Notes under the pieces: generated by a model
The model's input: only the letters and a program-made list of their open reading frames with translations
What the model was told of the DNA's origin: nothing
Databases searched by the model: none
Translations under genes and position numbers: made by a program
Part shown: in pieces, positions 1 through 13,200 of the stretch
Layout of the letters: the number at the start of each line of letters is the position of its first letter
How positions within the stretch are numbered: position 1 is the first letter of the stretch
Assembly (NCBI GenBank): GCA_003693705.1
Contig: RBZT01000336.1
Location: forward strand, 47,773-111,772
Direction of reading: 5' to 3'
Length of the DNA stretch: 64,000 nucleotides
Origin: Polymyxa betae A26-41
Lineage: Eukaryota; Protista; Endomyxa: Phytomyxea

Positions 1-805
1 TGTTAGAATGTTGGCCTTGAATTAACGCCTCGGAATTGGACTCTGGCACCAGCATCTAATTTCGACACCGAAACCGCTACTGTTGAAAGAAGTCAAATTC
101 TTTTTCATTCTCCGTTGGAGCAATCAGGTCTGCTTGTTTGTCAGTAGTTTACCCATATGTTTTAACTGTTACTGTTTTCAAAGACGATTATTTTCGGGAA
201 TGCTACAGCACTGACTCGGTAACGTTATTTGACGAAGAACTGGAAGTGAACCGAGCGCAGCCGATTACGGTTTATCCCGTTTCTGAACCTGCCCAGGTTT
301 TTCAGACAATCATGGCCTGTGAATGTTTTTAATCGCTTCCAGGGTGGTTCAGGAGTTGTGGCGCGGATTTGGCGGAATCTGTATTTTCGTTCAAATACGA
401 ATAGCAATGCCCGTTCCCTTTCTGTTGGAGATGATGAGCTTCAGACGGGAAACTCGGTTTGTCTCTGTCCTGCCTAATTCCGCTTGATGCTGAAACTTCT
501 AAGAGTTTGCAGGCGTTTACTTTCGGGCCCTATTCCTATCACTCAGGACCGCTGCATGAAAGCATGAATGATAACGATCTGGCAACGTCACCATTTCATT
601 TTGCTTATCTGCTGTGTAGAGAAACACATTCGGTGCTGACCAGGTAAAATCACCTCCACCATAGTTTGTTTCCCTTACCAGACACTACAGTTACGTCTCG
701 GGAGAGTCGCTAAAGCACAAAAAGGATACAAGGTTTCCAGGCATTGATACATCTGCACTTATCACAGGAGTGAATCTTCCACCTCGGCCGAACTGGCAAG
801 CGTGA
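1..805 (+). CDS. 3' part of a multi-exon gene, hypothetical protein (starts before window)
   Basis: Exons join in frame across GT..AG introns: ..DDYFRECYSTDS..PAQ / GGSGVVARIWRN..GNS / SLQAFTFGPY..VLTR / HYSYVSGE..PNWQA, with TGA at 803-805. No recognisable domain. Confidence 0.6.
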
Positions 806-890
806 TTGTTCTCAACTGTCTTTAAAATGGCACAAAAAACATAATTAAAAAGGTTCTAATGACTTTATTGGCAATTTTAACTCTACATGT

Positions 891-1966
891 TCACATAAAA
901 GATAAGTTTGGACTATATGTGAACCTGTGTGCAAAAATGTCGCACGATGGGTGAATCAGCTGGCAACTGAATATGCCAACCAACTGTCTACATGTGCTTG
1001 CATAAATACGACTGGACACTGTAGACGGAACAAGAACCAAATGATCTGTCTACAGTCTCCAGCAGCAACGAAACGCATTCGGCAGCAAGAGAAGGCACCG
1101 AAACAGATACTCCATTTATGGCATATGCATCACAGAACTCCGCAGACCGCAGCGCAGAAATAATCCGCAGGCACATCCGGGAATGAAATATTAAACCATT
1201 GATGCATATATTTCCTAATTCCAAAAGCCCCTGCCACATTTTAGCATCCTGTTGCAATTTGCAGTTGCAAAGTTCGGCCTTTAAAAGAAAACAGAACGCT
1301 GATCACCAGAAAGCTTTCACGACTAGCGATAAAAATTCATGGCCTCCAACCTGCTGGAGTAAATACGGCTTGCGAAAGAAACTGCAAGGCGCTCCAACAA
1401 GTCGATGACGAATCGTATCGCTGTCAATCAATAACGCCGATCTGATGATATAGTTGGACTGTTGCTTGTCCCTAAATACGAACAATCCCGACTCCTTGAG
1501 CGAAGCGCTCCCATGAACTCAGAAATCGTGTGTTGGGCATTTACTGGGAATGGTTGTGATGCAGGCTCTAGATCTAGAAACGCTATCATTCTCAAAGTGA
1601 TATTATGAGGAGCTTATGAGAATGTAAATCCTATAATAGTTTTGCTGGAGCGACTCCAAGGCCTAGCCCAGACTTTGACCAAGGTGCAGTTTGAAGGCAA
1701 ATAGAGAATGAATGATAATTGATGAATACACAACAAAGCGGTAGCGGTCTCTTTGAGCCAGCATGAATCGGAAGAATCATCTAGACCATGGACACAGGAA
1801 AACTGTTTCTCAACATAATCACATAACGAAATTGCCCTGAAATACATAGAAAACGGGGGATTCTGGCGTTGAGATTAACGAAGCGAACCAAAACATGTCT
1901 TGTGATCTCAAAACAGGTTAATTCAGTTTCTGACAGAACTTCTGTCATCAGAAGGTTGCTGAGCAT
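891..1966 (-). CDS. multi-exon hypothetical protein
   Basis: ATG at 1966 (MLSNLLMTEVLSE..). ORF pieces 1614-1847, 1303-1485 and 988-1257 appear linked by short introns. The 3' end is uncertain. Confidence 0.45.
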
Positions 1967-2024
1967 GGATGGAGAACATCGCCCTGCCTCAACAAACAAG
2001 CTTTATGTTGGAACCAACCCCATC

Positions 2025-2709
2025 CTAATGAGCGATTCGGCGCTTCCTTGTTTTGACCAGAGATGAGATTTTCTTGAATTCTGGATGCTCAGCAGTACCC
2101 AACAACTGGAACAGAAGACTCTCTAATGTGGTCAAAATGACACCCTCGGCAGCGAGCCGTTTCAACGCGATCTTCCTATCAATATCATAATGGCTGGAAA
2201 CAGCATCGCAAGCCAAAAAGACATTATAGCCCATGTGAAGCAAGTCTAACGCCGTTTGAAGAATACAGATGTGTGCCTAAGAAAGCTGAAATACCACAGC
2301 AACAAGTACTGGAATGCAATACCTCAATGCCGACTATAATTACAGATTTGATGCCATTAGAATTTGTTAGAAATTGCTTAACTTGGCAATCTGGAGCCAC
2401 CATTGAGAAAGCCATCTTCTTAAAGAATGCTGCAGAGGCGTTGGCGTTTCGAATCTCGGACACCGTTTGTCCAAGACGATCCGGATTCTCACTTCAGCAT
2501 AAATAAACCAGAACAGCCTTGGTATCACCAAGTCTCACCTGCTCGCTGCAGACAACCGGGATGTTGAGAATCTCGGCGGCCTGTAGCAAGACTTGGGTCG
2601 TCTCGATCAGATCGTCCATGTTCGGGATCACTCCACGAAACCCGTCCTGCAGATCGCAGACGAGGACAGCGAACTGGCTCGGGGCCAGCCTCGCCTCACC
2701 TGCAGCCAT
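2025..2709 (-). CDS. isochorismatase-family (ISOC1/ISOC2-like) hydrolase, 3 exons
   Basis: Motifs LVCDLQDGF, SEQ/NPDRLG, KKMAFSM, IVGIE/AHICILQTALDL, DAVSS, TTLESLLFQLLGTAEHPEFK. Confidence 0.9.
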
Positions 2710-2778
2710 TCGCTTCAATCGCCCTAAGACGAACCGCCCTCGTCTAGTTCGTTGGAAAGCAAAGTGACACCATCTGAT

Positions 2779-2851
2779 CGCTTGGTGACGCAGTTGGCAG
2801 CGTGCTGGGCCCATAACCCAGAAGTCCCAAGATCGAAGCTTGGCCGAGCGA
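2779..2851 (+). tRNA. tRNA-Met(CAT), initiator type
   Basis: Cloverleaf: acceptor CGCTTGG/CCGAGCG+A; D stem ACGC/GCGT; anticodon stem CTGGG/CCCAG with loop CCCATAA; T stem CCAAG/CTTGG with loop ATCGAAG (A54). A T-run Pol III terminator follows at about 2855-2863. Confidence 0.92.
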
Positions 2852-2899
2852 CTCTTTTTTTTTCATTTCACCTGACCGATAAAAACATCAACCAGCGAA

Positions 2900-3056
2900 G
2901 TGATGTTCGCCAAAACGAAATCCATTCGAGACTATCAAGAACGCTCAGCAGGAGAAAAATGGCCTCTCTGCAGAACCGATGTTGATATAATCGATCAGAC
3001 ATGCAACTAAAGGTGGTCGTGACCGCCGCAATGCTAAACCGTCCTCCATCATCATG
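2900..3056 (+). pseudogene. degenerate partial duplicate of the ATP10 5' region
   Basis: 2967-3056 aligns with 3457-3549 (ctgc.gaaccgatgttga..taatcgatcaga..aaaggt..gtcgtgaccgc.gc.atgc..atcatg), with weaker similarity further upstream. Confidence 0.7.
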
Positions 3057-3278
3057 AAAGATTCAATTACTGGATAAGGTGTTCTGTAATTGGGATTTAT
3101 GGGGTAATTGACAAGAAAATATGGTTTGGATTGATGTTTTAAAATTCTCATTTCAGAGCTGATTAGAGGGTCGCGCTAGAAAACGACCCAAAAAAATGAC
3201 CCAACTTAAAAACAAATCCAAAATTCAGTTTGCTGTTGGGCGCAGCCAAGTTAGTTTCAGTACTGTAGCGGTCTGATC

Positions 3279-4248
3279 ATGTCAATATCTCTGTCGAGAA
3301 TGTTTGTGCTGCGATATTCACGATCAGTTCGTTTGTTTGCAAGCCAAGTCTCTGATGGAACGCAGGCGAAAACGTTTCGCGATTATCGCTGGGAAGATGC
3401 CAGAGACCGGGGCTCGTTCGCCGACCTGCAGGAGTACGATGATGCCATGCTGCAGTACTGCCGAACCGATGTTGAATAATCGATCAGATATACAGAAAAG
3501 AAAGGTGTCGTGACCGCTGCGATGCCAAGCCTTCTTCCTCCTAATCATGGGATTATGTTGCCCAACATTCCAGGTCGCCTCTCTGATCTCCATTCGGTTC
3601 GCGGGCTGAAATGATTTCTCGTAGTGCGGGATATCAGCGATTCATTCGGCAAACAAGCTGATCTATCAGAAACAGCTCTAAACAAAGTCTGTTTGATAGG
3701 GCTTTCGTTTCGCGAATCTGGTCGTGCTGCCCTTCAGACTTGGTTGAAGCCATTCGCATTGCAGAATCAAGATGATCGTCATCAGGTTAGCTCAGAATCT
3801 GCTTCCATCTTCGCAGCTGTCTGCGTGCATTTGCTAATCGCTAATCGGATCTTTTCCAGTATGTAGAATTAGCCATTGTAGAGAGCACTCTGCATAGGCT
3901 GCTGGTTCGCAATCTATTCCGAAAGTCGGTCCATTCAGTATTGAAAGCTGCTCGGCATCCCGGACTGCCAACCAAACACTTGTTCTGTTTCGACGACATC
4001 ATCCAGCAATTAAATCAGTTGGAGATTCGCAACAGACTCGCCGGTATGCGAACACGCTTTCCATGCGGAGAAAGGCTAATTCGCGTTTTTCAGGTTATAT
4101 CTTTCTTGTTGATGGTAAAGGCCGAATAAGGTGGCGAGCTTCGGGGGAATTTCATTCCGATAAATACCCGAATTTTGAGAGCTACGTTGCTACCCTTCAT
4201 GACGAACTGAGGAGAAGCGATATAACCCAGCGAGCACTGGATTCGTGA
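3279..4248 (+). CDS. ATP10: mitochondrial ATPase assembly factor ATP10, multi-exon
   Basis: Arg/Ser-rich mitochondrial-type presequence, VCLIGLSFR..QTWLKPF, and C-terminal NRLAG/YIFLVDGKGRIRWRASG signature. Confidence 0.8.
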
Positions 4249-4298
4249 AGATAATCAAAAAGGATAATAATAATATTATATTACAGAATTGGGCTCTA

Positions 4299-7200
4299 TC
4301 AATTCATATCATCATCAGATAAATTAGTTGAGATCATCCGTGCTGAGCTCTGCGCTGCAGAGGTTGAATCTGCATCGATCGAGATGCAATGTGTGATGGC
4401 GTACAACAGACGACGATGCAGAATCTGCTTGGACGTGTACCGTGGCAGCTCGATTGAGAAGAAGCAAGTGTGCGATATTGGCAGATAAGTATCCGGATCC
4501 TGCCTTGCTCTGGGCATATTCGAGATCTTGAATTTACAATCGAAATCGTTAACGTTCACAGGCAGCCTCGATCTTCCCCAGACGAATTTCAGAAAGTCGC
4601 TCCTCTGGGCGTCGTCAAACCTATTAGGATTCGCTTTCAATAGAGTACACCTGATATAGCGGTGGGACGTACAGATCCGATAGGACTTCCCAGAACGCAC
4701 AGATATGCGGATCAGAAGGCGAACACCATTCATATTGTGTCATGGACTTTAACAGTTCAACGTCAATATGGGCATGGCCACAGACCTGCCAAAATCAGAT
4801 TCGTGTCCGTCGAATTATAGTACAGAATGCCAAACCTGAAGCTCGAACTCCTTCCATGTGAACAGCGAAAGCATCGGGAATGGGACAATGCTGGAAAGCC
4901 CCCTCCGGATCGCATCGCATTGTAAACGGAACTCGTTTTTTCGAAACTCAGCCAATGCCGCTATGAATTCGTTCTTGTTCTGCCAGGTGACGGGAGTCAC
5001 GGATCCATCGGGGATCAAATCTACCTGTAAGGGCGGGCTCTGAATCTCGATCTTTTGCTTCCAGAAACAATGCAATTACCTCTTGCCCGTCGCTTCCACT
5101 TACTGAGAATGTCATCGACAGGATCTCTTCGAAATCCTCAGCAGTGATCTGATCGTCCGCTTCCATCCTTCGAATATTCGTGATGACACGAAATGCCACG
5201 GCGTCGATCTCGACAACGTCTTCGTCGGAAATTGTCTCCGATACGAGCGATTTCCACCTGATATTGAATCAGTCCAAGTTCTCCAATTTGTGAGATGACT
5301 TATTACACAATCGATGGCAAATTCAGGTTCAGTAGGTTCCTGCTTCTAATTGCAATACCCATCAGCTTCCCGACGAATTCATACATGGAGATGTGCAATG
5401 GCAACGTCGAGGCAGGGTTGGGTACGAATTTGTCTTGATTGAAGCCGATTCTCGATCTCTGATTCGGACATGGAATAAACAATGGCAAATAACTCGACTG
5501 AAGTTCTTCACACAACAAATCGAGGCAATTCCGATAAGGCCCTCCATAATCGTCTGAAAATTCCCCTTGGAAAACGGTCTGCAGAAATTGTTAGATTTGA
5601 AAACCAGAATAGGAAGAAAGCAAAAATAGACCTTCCAAGCACGTTCCTCCCGTCTGAGACGAAGAATCGACGGGTTGAGATGATGGACCTGATGAAAGAC
5701 CTGCCCGAAACAAGTTTTCGTTCCCTTCATGTCGACTCTGTGATGCTCTTTCCACGAAGACGCTGAAAACCGATTCACAGAGACCTTCAAATCTCGTGAC
5801 ATTCCGACAACTTGTACATCGCTTGCTGTGCGGTTTAATACCTCAAACCAGAGCGCGTTCTTCGTTATCGGGAAGATCAAACCACGAGCTCTCCTCAACA
5901 TACAGGATAATTCCGATTCTTCGTCAGTTCGAGAGAGGTTGATCAGAGGCATCGCCGAAGCGATCACATCGTTGAGCTGATAGAGAATGGCGCAACGAAT
6001 ATGAATCGAATTCAGATGACGATGGCTGAGGCGTTCGAAAGAAATCAGCTGATCCTGGGTCGGCATTAATTGGGGAATTGGATGTGATGAAGGCCAAGAG
6101 GCCAAAATGCGATTCAGACATAAAATAAGCTCCAAATCGCATTCCATATCGAATTCGACTCCGTTTCTTTGCACTTGTTCCACTAAGTTCTCAACGTTTT
6201 GTACTTCGCGACACCGGTTCAGGGATTCCATGACGTAATCTGAAAATATCGGCGGCCAGGCCGATCTTTTATGGCGATCGGGCTCGAGGAAGACTCGCAG
6301 CAGCTCACGAAGCTCGGAAAACTGTTGATACCATAATGGCGTATTCGGTAATGGGAGGGTGTTCGGCTGGTCAAGAAGCAGGACCAGCTCGAGTAATGCC
6401 TGAAAGAAACTCGGGAATATCCTGTTATCTTTAAATCGATCGTGCATGACGAAAAGCTGCTTCTTCAAAAACGCCGATTTGCTTTCATCGAAAGCGACTC
6501 CAGTTTTCACAAGATGTGACAGAACTAAAAGGAACTGCAGCCTCGGTTGTCCTCTCGTGATCGATAACATTTTTAGGACGACGTTGATCACAGACGGACA
6601 TAGTAAATATTTGGTCACGAACTCTTGGGAGTTCAAATCAGAGAGCGACATTGCACGGCGATGCGTTCGGACAAAGATGTCGAGGTACCAAAGCCCGATT
6701 TCGTGATTGGGATTGTCGAGAGCCATCTGTTCGTTTTCAATGTTGATATTGGGCTTCAGGCAGAAACCGATTAAATGCACCAGACAATCATGGACAAGAA
6801 ATCTGCTCAATTCAGGGATGGCGGATCGATTACCAGATGAAGCCCAGGCTCCCATCTCCTTATTCAACAAATGAATCGCCAATTCCTTCAAAACTGATAA
6901 CGCATCTTGCAGATGCATAAACGCGGTTAATCGCAGAAACTTGGCGAAGAATTCCAGGCCGCCAATATGCTGGAGCGAGAACGAGTCGTAGGCACCTCCG
7001 TCGACAAGATGTCGAATTATACCAAGGACGGCATGACGAGAGTATGCGACGGTTAGCTTGGAATCAAGTCGAACCATCTCCGATACGACCTTTGCCCCAG
7101 ATAGCGTCGTATCAGAAGCTGCAGAGCTATCAGATGTGTCCGAAGTGGGCGTCGTGCTGGCCTCTTGCCATCCTTCAGCGGAAGATGCCAATATCCGATA

Positions 7201-10200
7201 GGCGGGATTCTCCAGAATGACGGATTCGTCGTCTGCAATGGTGAAATCTTTGAACGGCTCGTGGTTGTGTTTAGAAACAGAACTGGAAGAAGTCGGCAGG
7301 TAGAAGCTGTCTCCTTTCATTAGATGAGACAGCGCCGATATGTAATCACCGTCATGGGATTGCAAAGCTTCCGAGCAGTCGCCGAATGGGATCCCCATAA
7401 TGTTCAAACAATAGGCGTCTTCATGGAGTTTGTTCATTGCGTCCTCCTTTCGTAAAAGCGCTTCATTGTTCAGAATCCATTTACAAGCATGATATCGGTG
7501 AAATCTGCAGCGATACATAGCGCGGTGCACCCAGGATGGCGGAAACCCGATCTGTTGCAAAGTACCGGAAATACTGGAAACCAATGCTGAGCTGATTATC
7601 GGGTCCGACGCACTGCCTGATTAGAAATAATTTCAGTTTGGGGTAGTACGCTTATAGAAGAAACTAACCAAGGTCAGTGATATCTCGGATCGTCAGACAA
7701 GATTTGTGAACTTCGACAAAGCGAACAGAAACGGTAGTGTTTTCGCGGTCTCTTGGAGGAAGGAAAATCAGCCCTTGCTTAAGGTAAATCGGATTGATGC
7801 AGTTAAGAGCTCCCGATAGAAAGCCATTGATGAAAATTGAGATCCGGTTTGAGGGGTCGTTCTCTGACGTAATCACAATTCGGTTCCATAAATGGCGATC
7901 AACGGGAGAGATCTGAGGCGGTTCAGCAGCCATCGAATTCCACACGATCAAACACTTTACATCGGTTGACGACTCTGAGATCTGAAATCGCCCATCTCGG
8001 GTCCAGATGACATGGGCTGACGGATCGTCCAAGGTTGAAAATAATGCAACGTCTTCATCAGAATGGATTTTGATTTCCATTACAACGGTGAACGGAGTGT
8101 TTTCTACATTCCAGGGGTTCGTCCAATGTAAAGCTGAGTTGCCGGGTAATGTTATAAAGAACCCTTTCTGAACAGAGTTAAATATTTGTAAATCAAAAAA
8201 TGACGCTTACATCGTCTTGCATAAATTCGTACGGTCCTTCTACTGAGATTTTGCTCCTGCCGATCATTGTCCTAATTGGTTCTACACGATTAATATCAAG
8301 AATCGAATCTGGACCGGGCGAGAAGTCGACAAGCCGCCAGCTCTGGCGATGGACTTCGTCAATCTGAAGATCCGATATCACAAAAGCCATGCCGCTATTG
8401 ACAACCGATACAATCTAAGCAAAGGTTTGAAAATGGGATAACCATCGCAGTCAAATGGTATTACCTGCCCAGTTGTCAAAGGAACATCCCACAGTGCCAG
8501 GTCTCGTATTGACCCCTTTATAGGACCGACACTGAGGTTCGATATAGTGAACTGGACCTGAAAGATTGATCATTATTTCCCAAAATGAGAAATGATTGCA
8601 GTGCATTACCTCGTCGAATGTTTTAGACCAAACCGACGCACCACCGACGAACAATTCTACAATTTTTCCATTTCCAACAATGATGATGTTGTGCCAATCT
8701 CCATCATTCAGATCCACTTGAGCTTCGCAGAGGTCGGAATCAAACGATAGCATAAGTCGGCCATCATTCAAAGACACCTAGTCGAATCAGGAATGATTCA
8801 CAGAGTGCCAAAAGTTGAAGCCATGACATACTTTGAAATCGTGATCACCGCTGGATAATGATAAAAGCGTCGTGACGCTTTTGCCGGACAAATTGACACA
8901 AACGGATAACGACAAAGATGACAGGTTCAGTTCCACAGCCTCGATATCCAACAATATCTTATCGATGAAGGCTTCGTCAGAAGCAACGGCCTGTTCAGAA
9001 GAGTTTCGTGCTGGCAAGATATCAGATCCAATAAAATGCCAAGCGTTGCGTTTTACTTTCAAATACAGCCGACCGGCCAAACACGAACTCGTTGATAAAG
9101 CCATCAGGCGAAACAAAGCTTTGGTGATCTCCACAGAAATGCAACCTTAAAGGATACCTAAACACAACTCAGTACATTGACCAGATCATATCCACCAGTA
9201 TTCCTACAATGGTAATGGCGTTAGGCCTGAATGTTGCAGCATGGGCTTGCTGGGGACGGTTCGAGGTATTTGCGACGACAGAAGAAAGGTGCATTTATCA
9301 CCACAACAGACAGCCCCGAACACCATTCCGAGTGGCGTATCCTTAATCAGCTGAGGCTCATGGATCTGAACCATTCATTAACCATACAGATAGATGCAGT
9401 TTTACAAAGAAGAAAGATTCCAAAAGTAAAGCGGTAATCTATTTCAGGAAAACATTTGAAAATGGTATGATAACAGTGTGAGATTGAAAAGATAGCTGAA
9501 GGTAATACTGACAGCAGTGGCGATGTCGGTGCCTGCATGAGCTCCTCCGGATCCGAACACCCAGATCTGTCCCCGGGCAGTCACAACAATTGTATGGTCT
9601 TGGCCGCCATCAGCCCAGACACATTTCTCTGTTCTCAGAGCGCCCTCGACCAGGGTTGGAACGCTGGCGGGCGACACCGTCCCATGACCCAGCATGCCAC
9701 AGTTGCCATGGCCCCAGGTGTACAGCTGAAATCGTTAACAAACCGCAACGTTCCTTGATAGGATTACCTTTCCCTCATTGGTTATGGCTAACGAATGATC
9801 CCAGCCTGCAGCGATATGTACTACGACTTCTCCAGCCAGACCATCAACCTGTCGGGGAACCAGTTCTTTCTCATTCGAGCCATGACCGCAAACGGGACGG
9901 TTGCCTTCATAGCCAGCTCCCCAGGAATATCTGAAACTCCATTAGAATTACATCGCTTTCATGAAAGCAACGTACAGTCTGCCATCCGCTGTCACCGCCA
10001 TGGAATGCTCCCAACCGCCTGCTATTAAGACAAACTGCAATGATTCGGCAGATTTAACCAATTTGGGTGTGGAAAGCTTCTGAGTTGTTCCATGACCAAG
10101 CTGCCCAAAAACATTCTTTCCCCACGTAAACCTACAGAGCTAAGTAATCGAGACGCTGCTCTACGAGTAAAACGTACAGTTTTCCATTGCACGTAATAGC

Positions 10201-13200
10201 TAAAACATGCGACCCACCAGCACTAACTTTAGAGACAACATTATCCTCGAGATCGCCCTTCACACGAATCGGGGTCATTTGTGAAGGAAATGCTCCAATA
10301 CCAATCTAACAAAGGATTAGCTAATTTTAAACACATTTTTTTTCTTAAGACACCTGTCCATTGGCATTACTTCCGAACCCCCACAGTGATCCGTTTTCAT
10401 CCAGGACGAAAGAGAAATTAAGACCAGCACAAACCTGACCAGCTTACATAATTTACATCACATCGAGCAGGTCACCACGAACCTGAACGCATCTGGTGCC
10501 CTCCATCGCTTTAATGAGCCGGGGTGAACTTTCAGGAGTAGTTCCGCCATGACCGAGTCTCCCATCGTCGCCCTTAGGCATTGCATGAAACAACCACGAT
10601 GTCTTCGAATTGGATTTTCGTACCTTTCCCCAGCTGTATGGAACACCAAGATTGGTCAAAGCAACGATATGAGACGAGAAGCAAGATACAGCAATAACCG
10701 CATTATGAACAGGACCAAACACAGGCACAAGTGTTGGAACGAATGCCGACGAATTATTGCCCAGGCCAAGGCGGCCGTTATCACCTTTTCCGAATGCGAC
10801 AATCTGACCACCTGGACCTCCAACAGACCTAAGCGGAAAACTAAAAAAGTGAATCGATAAAGCCTGGGAAATTTTATACCTGGACGCAGCATGGGATTTG
10901 GGATATTCCAATATCGAGCTGGTTGATTTGTCGTCGTTTTCCGCATGATCTGACTGCGAGGCAACGCCAGGCTTATACAGATTGCAGAGCCAGAGATACC
11001 GAGATTCCAATTTCAAGATACTGTTTAGAGGTTTCTGAGCAGACGGAGTAACAGCGAGCGCCAGAATAGGAAATAATCCAGGATCTGGGCAAACGATCAA
11101 TTCCAAGCTAGCAATACGGACAGTCTGGCCTCTACTTTTTATGACAGAATTTAAGACTTTGCCGTTTTGCAACGTTTGCTGAATTACACGGGAGGCCATG
11201 CGTTTGATCTGGAAAGCGCTGAGACAGTTGACAAAGGAATGGTAGCTCGACATTACCTGGGCTTGCAGGAGCAGTAAGGGCTGGGCCTTTGTATCTTCGT
11301 TCAATGACAGAAAATTCATGATTTCAAGAACAACACCCGAGATGTGGCACATTGTCTCAGGAAGAACATCAACTTCCGAAATTGCTTGGACACGATAAGA
11401 AGCCAGTTCGTTAGCATTCTTCACTTCGAAAGCATCAATGAGTTGGCTTCCTGCATCAATAACCATTCGAAACGGTTTGGAATGGTAAGAGGAGACGACT
11501 CCTTCATGAGAAGTTCCATTAGATGAGAACAGCACGCGAGAACCTTCACGTAGCGGTTCGATCCAAGCTCCTAAGATATGTAACGCACCGAAACAAAACG
11601 CCAACTGTCGGCTTGTGATTGAATCGAGAACATCCGATTCAGATACGAGTAGTTTTGATTTAACGTCTTGAAAGATGCCCGGAAACGACTGGATAGCCCT
11701 CCTAAGAAAATTGCTAATTATTGGAGACCAGCTGTCGTCCAGCCACAGGAAACGTATCAAAGCGACCATTTCGCTTGCCGACCACAGCGCAAAATAATTG
11801 CAGGGCCCGTTGAGGCTCAGACTGGATTCGCCAATAAACCCGATAAAGTATTCGATAAGGTCACGACTTTCGGGCACAGTGGCATGGATTATATCCGAGC
11901 TAGGTGCCATAAGAGGAAATATCGAGCGGCAGATACGGAGCGCCAAAGTTCTCGTGATCGGGTTACTTCTAGGGTCGGTCACCATTCTCACAATAACCCG
12001 AACCCATTCTGGATGGCAAATTCCACGCTGAAATGAAGCATCCGAGCAGCATCGTGACAAGACCCAGAGGAACTGATTTGTTAGAAGATCCAATTCTTCG
12101 ATCGAGCATTCATTAGAGCAGGCATGCCGGGTGCCGTTCTCACCGAGCTCGGCATGTTCAATAGCAAACCAAGCCACGCTAGCAATCTCCAGCGACATCT
12201 GTTAGCCATCTTAACAAAAACCGACAGCTAGAACAAAAAACGACACCTTTTGTGCACGTGCATTCCAATCACTTGACCGGCGAATAAAAGAATTCCTCCC
12301 AACGAGCGATACGGTGCAATTACGAGAAGAAGCGGCAGCAAAAAATGGGAACGAGACTCCCCGGATTCGATTTCCCTGGATTACATAATTTTTGAAGAAG
12401 ATTACCGAGTCGGATAGCGTCTGAACGGTAATCACATCACCACGACCATAAGGCTCGCCGGTCGACAGCACTTCACATCCGTTCAAGATATTCCCTGTAA
12501 CGGCGTCGTACATGATCGAAGAAGGGTTGTCGGAAGTATCCATTGCGACGCCGATTTTGAGCTCAGAGAAGTCACTGTCGACATGAGCGAAGAAATGATA
12601 CCTGATCTCCTCCTCAGAGAACACAGTTGCAGAAATGTCACCAAAAATTGCGGTTGTTGGCTCCATCACGTTATCGCCAAACAGAATCACCGATGGCGCC
12701 TGCTGCCAATAGTATGTAGAATTATCTTCGCGACCTTGAAATTTGGCGATGGATTCCAATCTCTTCAGTTGGTCAATTTTCAGACTGGCAGCGGACTTGC
12801 TCGGGTGTGTGGGCAAGGCATCGCTTTCCAGAACGATCGCATTAGGCTTTCGATGAGCATCGCAGATTGCGCAGATATCCAAAGCCGACTTATTCAGAAA
12901 TGTGCAACGATGGCACGGCCAAAGAGCGAAAGGTTTTTCTTTGGATCCTGAAGGTGACCCGCAAGCCAAGCAATGCTCAGCAGATCTATCGTTTAGAAAT
13001 GTGCACGCTTTACAGCTCCAGCTGTCGGCACAGGCGAGCAACGGCTGAAAAAACGCTTCATCTTCAAAATTCGTTGTTGACAAAACAGTCTGAATGCGCG
13101 ACTTCTGCAATGATTGAAGTTGACCGAAGATCACGTCAAGCACTTCCAGCTGAAATGCGTCGAATGATTCAGATGGAGCATCCTGATCATGAGATGGAGT

